Source: Lepidodermella squamata (lineage: Eukaryota; Animalia; Gastrotricha). Taken from it: a stretch of DNA of 64,000 nucleotides. The notes under the pieces are model-generated. The model saw nothing but the letters and a program-made list of their open reading frames with translations. It searched no databases and was not told the DNA's origin. The position numbers and the translations under genes were made by a program. Positions 25,519-38,884 of this stretch are shown piece after piece. Numbering within the stretch: position 1 is the first letter of the stretch; every line of letters starts with the position of its first letter. Where the stretch lies: positions 496,001 through 560,000 of the forward strand of contig JBLDXI010000064.1 of assembly GCA_047495785.1 (NCBI GenBank), written 5' to 3'.

Positions 25519-26949
25519 TCAGTTGAAATGATGCGGCATGATAGCTTGTACTGCGGCCATCTTCCTGCGCCTTAGCTTGTTTTTAGCCATACTCAACATT
25601 TTGGTAGGATTAACGCTTCTGAACACGGCTGATAGCAGCGTTTGAACGAGGATCATCAGCATTCCGACTTTGTTGAGCCAAGCCGTGGCGTATCGTGGCC
25701 CGAAGTCGAACCAGAACACCTGACAGAGGAAGCAGGCGAACGCTGGCGTGTACAGCAACATGAAAATAGCAAAAATCACGAATGACTGCCTCGCAAGTGA
25801 AATGTCGCGGTTCCTCGCCACTCGGTTGTAGCTTTTTGAGCTTGAAATGGACGCGCGATTCGGGACAGCCTCCCGTAAAGCATTCACTTGGTTCACCTTT
25901 TTGTATATTGCGTAGTAGTTTATTGTTGAAAAGACAACTGTGACTAACACCCAGATGGTGTAGTACAACATTTGGATAAGAGAAGTGTCAGCGTAGCCGA
26001 TCAGGTGGGTCTCGAAATTTCCGCACAACGCCATTATTTGTGTTGTATTATTCGGCATTGGAATAGCGATTTTCTTAGCGACGTAAGTTTGAAATGGGTA
26101 AGCCACCATCGGCACCACGGAAACACCAGTCAGGACTAGCAGCGCGGTTGCAAGGAAGACGACCTTTTTATAGCAAATGATGAATAATGTTACAAATCAG
26201 AGGCCTGAAAAGCGGTTTTCTGATTAACAAGGAGAATTTCTTTTTAAAACTTACTTTGAGTATGCTAGAACGCCAGAGAAAATAAGTTAATCGGGATCTT
26301 ATACCACCAGATAGTAAAACCAGGGGGAATGGGAGGGGGATAATTGAGGGATCGAAGCGAGGCCAAAGTTTATAAACTGTAAAAACCACATGGGAACTCG
26401 AATTTTCCATACTTTTGCATACGAATTTCCCATACGATTTCTGTTATTGCAAGATTGGACGCGTACCTTTTTAGTGTTATCCCGGTGGCCTGGCGTGTTG
26501 GAAAGCACTTTCAGGCGGCGTTCGTAGCTCATCAACATGCTGAGAATATTTCCGTATGAGCCAGTCGTCATCATGATCCAGGTACTTGCAGAACACAGGA
26601 AACTGTTGGCATCAGGCCAATTATTGTCTACTACCGTGAACAAAAGCGGGCCGGTGACTGCGATTACGAAAAGGATATCGCGAGCGCACAAGAAGCAGAG
26701 CAGGATGAAAAAATCTCGCTTAACGCCTTTTTTGTAAGTATATCGCAAATCTGCGATTGAAGCAGCGATGACGCATATGCTGGCAATGACGAAGAGCAGC
26801 GTGTATGATAGACGTGCATGAATCGTTGTGGCGCTCAGGTCGTGATAGGTGCCGATGAAGTACGGCCTAGAGCCGTTGAATCCGCGCTCTGGGATGTCGA
26901 CGACTACCCACGAGCCGCGGATGACTTCCGTTGCGTTGTAAATTGTCAT
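25519..26949 (-). CDS. Orphan rhodopsin-like 7TM receptor; exons 26949-26467 and 26163-25519
   Basis: Seven hydrophobic segments; TM2 LCARD, NNWP..LC before TM3, MSYERR (DRY variant), TM6 FMLLYTP, N-terminal NAT sequon; phase-0 intron. Confidence 0.78.
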
Positions 26950-27589
26950 TCAAAGCGAGATCATTTGCGATGATGCACTGCACTTGAGATGAACGAAGAA
27001 AACAACTCGAAATGAGTAGAAATTGACTGACACAACTAACATTTAATAAGCTGTATCGAATGGCGACACGGCGAACGGTGCGATCAGCCCGGGGGTTGAT
27101 TCGTGCGTAGTCATCGTCGCTGCTCGAGGCCAATGTCAGGAGTAAACTTGAAGCATGAGTCATTCTTTATACCTTTCCGATTTCAAAACTTCGATCGCTT
27201 GGATTTTTGACCATTTTCAGGTTTCAAAATTGGTCGATAAAAGTGAGCAGTGAGGTTCCAGCGCTAAATTTGAACGATTGATTCATTTCTCAAAATGCCA
27301 AGGTAATATGGCGCAAGATTTATCCCTTTATCAGCCGTATCGGAGCAACGAATAAACCGACCGTATTGAAGACGAACTGCAAGTCTGTTGAATCATTTTT
27401 GGGCTCTTAGTAGCTTTTAGACCGCATTTGGTCTCAGTCCCGGGCTTATTTTGGTTACGTTGAGTAATATCCCATTTCCTAGTCACATGATTCGATTGAC
27501 GCCGTTTCGCTATTATCATTCCTTGAGATAACAAGTAGTTGCGAATAACTAGGTTATATAACAGGCCGCTTATCGGAGATAACGACGGT

Positions 27590-27622
27590 GATAAGACACG
27601 AATGGGTTTCCCTTACCACATC
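27590..27622 (+). promoter_or_regulatory. Conserved upstream block of the sulfotransferase genes (GATAAGA...CTTACCACATC), also at 40829-40865 and 49375-49408
   Basis: The same two motifs lie about 50-100 bp upstream of all three ATGs; GATAAG is a GATA-factor-like core. Confidence 0.55.
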
Positions 27623-27672
27623 ACAATCGTAAAAATCCACACCGGAAAATTGAACAAGAACCTTAAAACACC

Positions 27673-28626
27673 ATGTCCGCCCCTGATCATCAACACCACG
27701 GCCCGCCTGATCGTGAAGCGATCATGAAAATGATGGCCGAATTCGCTGAAATGTTCAAGCCTCTGGGCAACAACCAACAAGACGGCATGCCACGTGCCAT
27801 GTTCCGCGGCCACTGGCTGCCGGCCTTCATGCCGCTCTACTGGCCGCAAATCTACAACTTCCCTGTTACAAGCGACGACGTGTTCGTTCTGAGCTTCCCG
27901 AAATGCGGCACCCACTGGCTGCACTACATCACGCATTTGATAAAGACCGGCGATTTCGACAGCACACCACATCACATGCTGCTTGAACTGCCGAAACCGC
28001 TAATGCCAGCCGCGCTCGAACGCTACGGCGCTATGCCAGGTCCGAAAGTTTTGACAACCCACCTACCGCCTAGTTTGCTGCCGAAGGACGCCTACAACGC
28101 TAAGCTTATTTACATTTACCGAAACGCGAAAGACGCTGCGGTTTCTTTCTACCACCATCTAGCTGCTATGGATAATGAGCATTGGCCGTTTAAAATCACA
28201 TTTGAACAGTTTGCGAGGAATTACATCAATGGCGATTTTTCGTTTGGGCCTTACCACACACACGTGAAAGCTTACCATCAACTGAAACAAGACGGTAAGG
28301 ATATTCTGATTCTCCGATACGAAGATGTGAAAAAGGACCCATCTGGTGCGATTCGCAAAATTGCTGTCCACCTCGGCAAAGACCTTGACGATGCGACAGT
28401 TGAGAAGATTCGAGAGCGAACCAGCTTTTCGCAAATGCGGGAAAATAGAGGTTACAACTGGGCGGACGCGAAGCAGGCCGGCGTTTTCGCTAAGGATGCT
28501 GAGTTTCTTAGGAAGGGTGAAGTCGGCGACTGGCGCAATCACTTCAAAGATCCTCAGCTTTTGGCGGATTTCGAGAAGTATATCGCCGACAATTTGCCGC
28601 CAGAATTGATTATACCATGTGAATGA
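27673..28626 (+). CDS. Cytosolic sulfotransferase, copy 1, intronless
   Basis: 5'-PSB SFPKCGTHW, catalytic THLP, 3'-PB RNAKDAAVSFYHH, LRYED, RKGEVGDWRNHF. Confidence 0.95.
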   Translation: MSAPDHQHHGPPDREAIMKMMAEFAEMFKPLGNNQQDGMPRAMFRGHWLPAFMPLYWPQIYNFPVTSDDVFVLSFPKCGTHWLHYITHLIKTGDFDSTPHHMLLELPKPLMPAALERYGAMPGPKVLTTHLPPSLLPKDAYNAKLIYIYRNAKDAAVSFYHHLAAMDNEHWPFKITFEQFARNYINGDFSFGPYHTHVKAYHQLKQDGKDILILRYEDVKKDPSGAIRKIAVHLGKDLDDATVEKIRERTSFSQMRENRGYNWADAKQAGVFAKDAEFLRKGEVGDWRNHFKDPQLLADFEKYIADNLPPELIIPCE

Positions 28627-28999
28627 TATGTTTATCAACTGATTTGATCGTTTTAAAACATGATTAATTTAGTGATTCCAACACTTTCTGATTTTTCTGT
28701 CTATTTTATGTGATTGAATTTTTTTATTGATCTACAAAATTGAATTCAAGTAAAAAATTGAAATATATTAATAAAACATGGCTCTGAATTCAAGGTGTAA
28801 ACTTCAGCATTCGAAAAATCGCAAATATAATGATGGGAAATTTCCAAATAACCGGAAGTAGCGATGAGCTTTCTGGCGCTGCCACCTACCAGACAAAAAA
28901 TCGCAGATTTTGGGGTGTTTGGGGTGGCTAGAGAAACCCTCATTCCTCATTCCATGTGAAATGTGTTTTTATTTTACAAATAACTTATTGAATGTTTAA

Positions 29000-31900
29000 T
29001 CAACTTTCAAGTTCATCATCACCACCGGGCCGAGCCCTTGCCGATCGAGCCATGCCGGCAAACACAGAGTCCGCATTCGCGAGCAGGGCAGCGGGTGAGT
29101 CGAACTCTACGACGCGGCCCTGGTCCAGTACGAGGATGCGGTCCGAGTCCATGACGGTGTGCAGGCGGTGCGCGATCGTCAGCACCGTGCAGTCGGCAAA
29201 CTCGCGCCTGATCGTGCTCATGATGTGCTCGTCCGTCTCCACGTCGACCGCCGCCGTCGCTTCGTCCAGCACCAGCACCTTGGTCTTGTTCAGCAACGCC
29301 CTCGCCATGCACAGCAACTGCCGCTGGCCGACGGACAACGACTCGCCGTTCTCGCCACATTCGTGCGACAGGCCCTTCTCGCAACCGGCGACGAAATCTT
29401 TGAGGCCGGCGTGGTCAAGCGCCTCCCACAACGTCGCATCACTGTGCCGGTCGAACGGGTCCAGATTGTGGCGGATCGTGCCCGAGAACACAACAGGATC
29501 CTGTGGTAGAATCGTCAATCGCGACCTCAGCTGATGCAGCCCCAACTCTGCGATATCAATGCCATCGATCAGAATACGCCCGCTAGCTGCCTCAATCAAT
29601 CGGAATAAAGCTAGGGTCAGCGATGATTTGCCAGCCCCAGTTCGGCCGACAATGCCCACCTTCTCGCCGGGCTTAATCTCGCATGAAATTCCGTTTAGGA
29701 CCAGCTTCAGCCCATGCCTATAACGAGTTTCGTACTCTTCGAACGAGATTTGTCCGGAATGAGGCCAATCTGGGCTTTGCGACTTCTCCGGCACTTCCCA
29801 CTCAGCTTCACTGGGCAGGTCGGCGTATTCCTGAACTCGTTCAACCGAAACAACATTGGCTTCCAAATCTGAAGATAGCCTAACAAACATCGTCAGCATA
29901 TTCGTGACTTGAAGTGACGAGGACAGAACTAGGCCGACTATCGAGCTGTTGGTCGTGTTTCTGTAGAGAATCGCTAGCATAGATGTTGCGAAAACCATTA
30001 GATTTCCGATGAGTTGCAATCGCATCGCCAGCCATCGGTTGCAATACGATCCCGGCAGGTAGCTCATTTGATTTGTATCGATTCGCTTTGCCAATTCGTC
30101 AAGAAATCTGCCCTGGGCGTTGAACGCTCGAATCGTCGCTGCACCGGTGACTGTCTCGGCCAGGTAGTTGTAGATCGGAGCTCGAGTCACGGATTCGATA
30201 CGCTTCAACTGCCGCGTTGTCGGGATGTAGAACCGCTGCACAAAGTAGTAGAAAGCACCCATGACTACTGCCGCGATTGCGAACAGCGGAAAGCCGTAGA
30301 TCACAATGAAAATCGACATCAGGATTTGTAACTGCAAATAGGCTTGAATAAAGCAACGTTAACTCTATAACAACCCTGAAATGAAAGTCTAGCACTTAAA
30401 GCTAATTCATCTGTTTCAAAATAGTCTGTTCCTAAATCAACTTGCTAGGAATGTCATCCATGATCGCATGACTTGGGGAATTGAGTTATCAACCACGTCC
30501 GTATCTCGCCCAAATCGTGTCAGAATACGGCCGATGGGGGTTGTATCAAAAAAGGCGGTAGCACATCGCATGACGCGAACCAACATGGCCTGGTGCATAG
30601 TTCTCGCTGCCTGGGTCGATGAAGTTGCGAAGAACAGTGACTGCATGAGGATGCAAAACGCCTGGCCGGCCGCAGCCGCGCCGTACACGCCCAGGTACAT
30701 GTTCGACTTATCCATGTACTCGGTTGTATCATCCAGGGTTGTATTGAGTAGGAGAGGGTCTGAAGTCCATCTTGTCAACCAAATGCTGCCGAACATAAGA
30801 AAGCCATGGCTGCCGAGGAAGAAAATAATCCAGCAGGCGAAGAAAATAAGGTTGAACGCTTTGAAAAACGACCAGTAAACAGCTAGTTTAACACCGCCTT
30901 TCAGTTGCTCCTCTTCAGCTATCAATTTCTTCGGCGGAGAGCCTTTGAGCGAAGCAGCTTTGGCCTCCTCAGCCGGTTGCTTCTTACTATCTTCTGATTT
31001 GTCGCTGATTTGTCGAAGTAGTTCAAGTGCCTGTTGAGGCAGCTCAGCTTCTGCCAATGCCTCCGCCCCACCAGCCTCTGCCAAATGCTCTTTGATCAAC
31101 GCAGCAAAGGTCGCATCGGTGGCTATCAAGTCTCGGAAGGAGCCAATGTTAGAAATGGTACCATTCTGCATGACAATGATTTCATCGCACCGCGGCAGCC
31201 ACTGCAGGCCATGCGTGACCAGAACGCGAGTTTTGTCGCGCAACATCCCGTTTGGCCCGAGGATGTAGTCGAAAATGTGCTTACCAACATGAGCATCGAC
31301 GGCCGAGAGCGGGTCGTCCAGTAGGTAGATGTCCCGATCTGCATAAACAGCCCTCGCCAACGAAACACGCTGCTTCTGCCCACCCGACAGATTGATACCC
31401 TTCTCGCCGATCTCAGTCGTGTCGCCGTCGTCCAGGATCTGAAGGTCAGGGTTCATCGCACACGCCTCGATAACTTGGTCGTAGCGACTCTTCTCGAATT
31501 CACTGCCGAAGAGAATGTTGTTCCGTATAGTTGCGTTTTGTATCCAGGCCTGCTGCGCTACATAGGCTGTGGAGCCTCGGACGGAAACCTTACCAGCTGC
31601 CTTTTCGAGTTCGCCAAGAATAGCTGCGAGGAGGGACGACTTGCCACAGCCGACCGGGCCGACGACCGCCACTAGTTTGCCGCGCCCGATTTTGAAGTTG
31701 ACATTCGAAAGAACAGCGTTGTCGTTGAAGTTCCACGCGAATTTACCTCAGCTGACTTCAACCGCGTTAGACGATTCCTTAATACGATCGACAACTTCTG
31801 GGTCTAAATCTGTGCTTCGAAGGAATTTCCCGATTCGACGAATTGCGACAGAGGCCTGGGTAAGCTGTGAAATGGCCGATGAAAGAATGTCTAATGGCCC

Positions 31901-33683
31901 TCTTAGTATATTAAAAAGGGACAGAGCAACGAAAGCTTTATCTGGGGTTAACGGGTCCGGTGAGGTTAGTGTGTAAGTTGTGAAGGTGGCGACTAACACC
32001 ATGTAAGGAGCACAGACCCACGTGAATTGCGAGACTCCGTTCAAGTACGCCGATCGCCTCAACAGGATGAGTTCTTCCTCGCGGAATGATTTGATGCGGT
32101 CGACGAATGAGTTCTCCCACGCGTACATCTTCAGCACTTTGATGCCTGTGACGATTTCGGTCAAAAGACGCAGCCGCCTGTCCTTGAACACCATCTGCTT
32201 CGTCTGTTGCCGTTTGATCAGCGTTGAAACTGCGATGTTGATCGGAATGAGGCACGCCAGGATGATGAGCCCAACTAGGGCAGAACTTCCGACTGTATTC
32301 CACAGCATGAACATTGCAATTGCGATTTGAAGAGGGGCGGACCAGACTACCCACGATAGCGGGAGGCAGTTCAAGATTCTCTCGATATCCACCGCCATAA
32401 GGTTAACAATCTCGCCCACAGTCGATTGCCGCCTAGCTTCATTACTCATCGTCAAAGCCTTTTTGTAGATCAGTGTCAGCAGGGATGATTTAATGTGAGT
32501 AGCTACGATCATCCTCAGATGGAAGCATAGGTTGAACGAGATCGAACCGGTGAGGGTGGTGAGGAAAATCGCAATGGCGTAGATGTAGCCGTGCCAGTAC
32601 GGCTCTTTCGTGTCCTGCGTGTAGCTGATCATCCACCGCATCGTCACTGGGCCCATGAAGTTGCACAGGTCGAAAATCAACCGGCCCAGGTTTGACAGCA
32701 TGATTTGCGGCCAGTAGGTCTTCGCCATTGCCTTCAAAATTGACGGCTCGTATTCCTTGCCAGCGATTGATATCGTGACAGTTTGTTGATTCGACGACTC
32801 GTCTTGGATATGCCTGTCGTTGCGAGTCGGCTGATCGACTACAACCGAGTGGTATTTCTTGCGCTTTTCCAGCTCTTCGTACCAATGCCGCTCGAATTGA
32901 GGCACGACGTTGTTGCAAATGTCCCGAGGGTGCAGTTTAGGTAGATCTGCGAGTTCGAGGGACTTTTTAAAGCCGAGCCAACACAGCGATGTCACCCAGT
33001 GAAAGGAGAGGTAAGACGGGAAGCTAGCCCTGGCTTCGGGAGATATTTTCATGTCGTCCCTCAGGCGTTTCGGCAGCGCCTCGATCAGGCACGAAAGCAC
33101 CAGTTGAATGAGCAGAATGGCGTAGTAGATGCTGAATACGACGACTCGGTATGAATCATTCTCGCCAGGCGATTGGCTGCACGTCAGAAGTTGGGCAATG
33201 CCAAGAATCGATAGAACAGCCCAGAATAGGAACAGAGGCGCTGAATTAATGACACCAACCTTCCGCTCCAAATGCATCAGAATTACAGTCCAGCCGAAAG
33301 TTAGAAGTTGAGCCATAGGTCCGAAGTAGTAGGACAGGTCTGGTTTAAGGCCCGAAACTTCTTCGCTCAAAGTTTTGAAGAAGTTCATTGCGGCGAGAAA
33401 AGCGAGTAAAATTGATACTATGGACTTGACTGCACCGAGAATGGTCAGCGGCAGAGGGTCTGTCCGTTTTTTGAAGATGTAAATAAGGTAGATTGGTGAT
33501 GTTAGGGCCAACATCAAGCACGGTGCCATGGTGAGCACTGTATTCTCCAAGCATGGCGTGAAATTTGGAAAATCTGTGTTCCATGTTAGATCAACGTCCT
33601 GCAGCGAGGGTGATTTTGCACTTTTTTCAATGACGAGCGATGAAACTTACCCAAAATTCAGACTTGCAAAATTCACGAGACAT
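29000..33683 (-). CDS. Long MRP/ABCC1-like ABC transporter (TMD0-TMD1-NBD1-TMD2-NBD2) with one in-frame TGA at 31748-31750; exons 33683-33651, 33598-30446, 30331-29000
   Basis: N-terminus FCKSEFWDVDLTWNTDFPNFTPC; NBD1 GPVGCGKS, LSGGQ, LLDDPLSAVD; NBD2 GRTGAGKS, LSVGQRQ, VLDEATAAVD; second intron is GC-AG. Confidence 0.92.
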
Positions 33684-34269
33684 TTATGTTTTTGTGGTAA
33701 GCTGGCTGGCGACTGAAATAACTGATAAAGCGAGGGTGAGAATAACTGGCGGACATTTCTTTCTTTTTCTTATCGCCTGGGTATTATCAAATGAGTAGCT
33801 CTTTTTAAGCTCACTCAAATGCAAGGTTTACACAGTCTGGTCATACAGGAAGTTCAAGAACTAAAAGACAATTAATTTCAGACTTTCAGAAGAAGACTCA
33901 AGTTCACCCTGTCGCGGGCAGCACTGCATGGCTTTGGGTGATTTTTGTATATTCTTCGTTCTTCTCATCCGATTGGTCGGCTTGCGGGATGCCCAGCACT
34001 TCTGAATCTCACCTTGAACAAAGTCGCATTGCCATCAAATTTGCTACTGCGCCAAAATCCCTATAGCCACTACTTTCTTAATACAATGATGTATGAAAAG
34101 TGAAAAAGTGAAAATGAAAACAATAAATTCATCTCGGTTTTTTCCAAAATTGATTGATATCTTGAAAATTGAAGTCGACCTGTGTGAAGCTGCCTTCAGT
34201 TCACGTTGAAGTTGGTGATAACGTTCAGCATTTCAACTTCAATATCGAGTCAAGCTGAATTGCTACGCC

Positions 34270-35040
34270 GATTATCAAGCTGTCTACCGTCCGGCGTTTT
34301 GGAGAAGCTTCGATCAGGCACGAAAGTATCAGTTGAATGCGTAGAAAGACGTCGTATTTGCTGGAAACTGTGAATCGGTACGAATAATTATCAAAAAGCG
34401 ACTCGGTACGAACACGAGAGGTTCGGTCAGAAATTGGCAGGAATCCTGGTGGGTCTAGATAACGGATAAACACTGTTGGTTGATTGAGTAATCGGGTTGC
34501 ATTGAAAAATTCAAGCCGAAAGTATGTCATAACACAATAATAGCTGTGTTTATCTCTTGATGATGGAAAGGTGTGCGAGACAGGAGGTAAACCTCTCCAA
34601 CAGTCGTGCGCGCACGCGTCCAGACGATAATATCTTGTTGATTACTCCACCTACACTGTCTGGCTAGCCACGTCAACGCCAGGTAGCCGGCAATGCTCTC
34701 ATCGCTAGTGGGGTTAAGACTCTCGTATATACTTGTAGAGGAAACAAACTCACACACAAACACATGATGATGATGATGATGGGTGAATGAATGAAGGAAA
34801 AAATGCTCATTAGTCATCATAAACAGCGCTGGTATAAGCATCTTTACGTGTTGTTGCTACGAAGCTAAAATTATTATACTGTAATATCACTACCAGTATG
34901 TAAACCAATCGATTTGATACTACGAGGGTTCGCAATTCTAAAGGGATGCATAAAAAGATAGTGAATGATTGAAGTAAACCGGATGATGTTACCATGAATG
35001 TGTTATAAAAAGCTAACCTGCTTATTTTTAGGTCTGCCAA
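34270..35040 (-). pseudogene. Degenerate duplicated fragment(s) of the ABCC TMD0 region
   Basis: 34304-34440 aligns at DNA level with 33071-33200 (tcgatcaggcacgaaag..cagttgaatg), RIQLILSCLIEASPKR versus LIQLVLSCLIEALPKR; SIAGYLALTWL versus SFPSYLSFHWV; stops and frameshifts. Confidence 0.7.
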
Positions 35041-36620
35041 ATATCGGTCACGATGCTAATGGTAGCTGAGTTAACGTGTAACGTGCACACATGCTCGTCT
35101 ACCTGGGTGATTAAAATTGTCTGATTCACTGATTAAAAAAAAACTTGGTCGTCGCGGCTAAGTCGCCGCCGTCACGTGAAATAATGGCGGCATGAGGGCG
35201 CCATAGATTTTCGAGTTCAGGGATAATAATAGCTTCTGCCATGATGGAGCCAAGTATAAGTACTCATCATCTCCTTCATCTAGCCATTTCACCCGTTGGA
35301 TAAAAATTTATATTTACTCACTCAGCCTCTCGAACTGAGGATGCTTTCAAATCTCATTTTTTTAATCGTGTTGAAATTTAAGGTTTTGCAGGGCATTGTA
35401 AAGTATGTAACCTAAAAGTCTAGATTTTGATTCTCATTGCTATTTCATTATACAACGAATGATTCTGCTGATTCTTCTTACAGGCAAGTTTTCATAGATT
35501 TTCCATTGTCATGTTTTATTCCTAATGCAGTGCAATCAACAAGGCTTTTCCTGTATCAGTTGTAGCCTCGCTTGCGCCCCGTCTCAGCAAAAAATCGCCC
35601 TTGTAAGCCGCTCATCCCAGCCCTTCTTATATGATTAACCTTTTTGTTCTCAACTTTCATCAGACTTGCAGCAATGGGGGCACCTACGACTCGACTGCTG
35701 CTGTTTGTCGGTGCTCGTCCGGCTATACGGGAACGTTATGTGATGCATGTAAGTTAATCATGTCAGTCCATCATTAAGTTGAATTATCGCCTAGATGCGT
35801 GTTCCAACTGTAAAAACGCGGCCATGTGTGATGGCCCGAACCATTGCAAGTGCGCGAGTGGTTGGCGAGGATCGAACTGCGACGAATGTGAGTTGGCCTT
35901 ACAATAGAGCATCAAGGGCTCATTCGTCTGTGATCAGTTTACTGCCATGAGCCGTGGTGCTGGAACGGAGGCGTGTGTGTCGGCCCTAACAAATGCAACT
36001 GCCTATCAGGCTGGACAGGGGCGAATTGCAGCCAGTGTAAGCTAGTTCCGACACAACTAAACAACGATTAAAGCTCTGTCTTGTTCCTTTACTTAAGCTG
36101 CCTGCGCGTCGAACCCTTGCAACAACGGCGGTTGGTGCACGGGTACGAATACTTGCTCTTGCCCATCTGGATTCAGCGGGCCGACTTGCAGCGTTGGTAA
36201 GATCTTCGACTGGTCTTAACTTCTCAATTCTAACTCAATTGATTCCTAGTTGAAGGCAACAAATGTACACCAGCGTGTGCGAATGGCGGCATTTGCAAGG
36301 CGGATGGAACATGCACCTGTGTAGGAGCTTGGACCGGAGCAGATTGCTGTTAGTTTATTTCCATTTTGATTTAACAGTGCTTTGACTTATGTTTCCGCTC
36401 GCAGCGACGTGCACTCTTACGTGCCAAAACGGCGGTGGATGCGGCTCATCTGCAACGCAATGCGCGTGTCCAGCCAGCTTCACGGGCGATAAGTGTCAAT
36501 CAGGTTCAGTTTCCCGGCAACAATCGATTCATTGAAAGCTAACCCATCTTATTTCTGCAGCCGCATTTTTTTTGAAGGGTGGTCTAGACGCAACCCAAGG
36601 CTATACTGGAACTGCGTACG

Positions 36621-37118
36621 CAGAGGTGGAAACAGGTCGGGTTGACCGGCCGGTAAGTCTCCCGGTTGCCGGTTGGGTCCGGTCGCCGGTTGGGTATGGG
36701 TCGACTAAATTCCAGCCGGTTGACCGGTAAATTAGAATTTTCGGCATGAAAGCCATAAATTTAGCGAATTGAACGCGGTAGTGAGACTTCTGCGAAAAAT
36801 TCTTCGTGGTAGGCGTAGAAAGGAAGCTTTTATCAACAAAGTATAGCCTGCGCTAATTGATTTTTGAATTTGGGTGATTCATAGCGGTTGAAAGACATTT
36901 TGAATTATAAAGAGAGCAGTTGCATGATTCACGTTGTTTTTGGTTGGGAAACTTGCTCTTGAAACCGTTTAAAAGCCGGTAAATAGCCGGTAAAAAGCCG
37001 GTAAACCGGCGTTGGTACACCGGCTTTCTACCGGCTTGGGTTGCCGGTGGGTGACCTGGGTGCCGGTTGGGTCGCCGGTCGGGTTGGGTCGAGTTTTTCC
37101 CACCTGTTTCCACCTCTG
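36621..37118. mobile_element. Non-autonomous hAT element (498 bp), derivative of the element at 51638-54804
   Basis: 17-bp TIR CAGAGGTGGAAACAGGT, perfect 8-bp TSD TGCGTACG, shared ACCGG/CCGGT-rich subterminal regions. Confidence 0.95.
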
Positions 37119-38001
37119 TGCGTACGACTGCTACGTATCGGGGGCGCGTATGGTGGAGCCGAAGACGCCGGCTCAAATCGCCGTGCTCAGAGCGCTCGCA
37201 CCTGACAAGTCGATTTACATCGGTTTAAATGCAAAGTTTCGCCGCATCTCAGACAACTCGCCGATGCACGGAATGCCGTTGCTCACGATCAGCAGTTCGT
37301 TCTTGCTAACAGGCGCCGGTGACTGTAAGACAGCATCAGCAGCAGCTGTTTTCTGAAGCTTTTAATCCAACATTTTGACAGGTGTCTACCTACAGGGGTA
37401 TGCATCTTTTATGGCCACGCCTCCATTGCAGCTGCGCCCGTGCACAGACACCGTCACGCACGTTATATGCCAGGATGCGGCCACGGTGAGTTACAGCTGC
37501 TACTATAGATACAGTATTTATTGATAACTCTGATCTCTCGCAGCGCAAAATGCGGGTTTACCAGCAAGCATTCAACTTTGACGATGCCAAGGCGTACTGC
37601 GAGTCGAAAGGCCTCATTTTGCTAGACATGAAGAGCCCGGTGGAATACTATCGAGCTGCTTTCCTACTCAACTTCAAGTACGTCACTGACATTGCGGCGT
37701 GGATTGGGCTGAAACGCGACCGAACACCGCCGTTTTACTTGTGGCTTAGCAAGCAGCCGTACAGCAGCAACAATGCGTTGCCAAACGGATACGGCGGGCC
37801 AGCGACTTTCAGCGACACCAACTCATGTTAGCCCTCGGACGATCTGTTAGTCCAGTGTCTGAAAATTGCTTTGCTTTCTCGTTTCCCTTCACAGGCATTA
37901 CAATGGCCTCAGATGGCACGCTTTTCGCCGATGCATGCTCGAGTGGAAAGGTACCTGTCTGCGAGAGGCCGTCAGGTAATTAAGGAGCTCAGTCATTCAA
38001 T

Positions 38002-38444
38002 CAGTGACTTTGATTTGATTTGATTTGATTTAATCAGTAAATCTCAGCTGTTTGCAAATCAATCATTCTAAATCGAATCCCCTAAAAATTTAGTGGAAAT
38101 CAATCAGGCCCGTTTAAATCAAATCAAATCGCATCTTTCCCATAGGGAGAAATGAGTATCATGGTACATTTTTGGGAATTCTTTCACATTTTAAGCTTGG
38201 TTTTGACAGAATTGGTTCCAAAGGAATAGAATAGCTCCAGGCTTAGGAAAACAAGTGTTTTCAAGGCAAATGTGAGTTCTCATGTTTAGTAACAGGAGGG
38301 AATTTCGAGAGTTCTGATTTCTCTAAATCAGCAGTAAATCCAGTGGGTTAGGTAAATCAATTCAACCTGATATTTTGTAAATCAAATAATCAGAAAATGG
38401 CCTAAATCAATCCAAATCACAGTAAAATCAAATCAAAGCCTCTG
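38002..38444. mobile_element. Intronic hAT-like MITE with (GATTT)n subterminal repeats
   Basis: TIRs cagtgactttgatttgattt and aaatcaaatcaaagcctctg; near-TSD cattcaat/atttcaat. Confidence 0.8.
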
Positions 38445-38671
38445 ATTTCAATATTGGATTCAATAGATCCTGGAGAATCGGCCTTCACAGTTCAATGCAT
38501 AGAAAAGTCTGAAAAATTGCTTTCGAAAAAAGCTGCCTAAAAATGTCTAAATCTCTAAAAATATCTTTCCTTTATTGAAAATGTTCTCTTTGTACCTAAA
38601 ATTCTGAACATTTTGAAACCATTTCCTTTTTTGGATTTTGGATTTTGGAAAACTGAGTAATGAAATCTTGA

Positions 38672-38884
<213 letters not shown>

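Noticed and set aside
28992-32918. Numerous overlapping ORFs inside the ABCC gene
   Set aside because: Alternative-frame artefacts of GC-rich coding sequence
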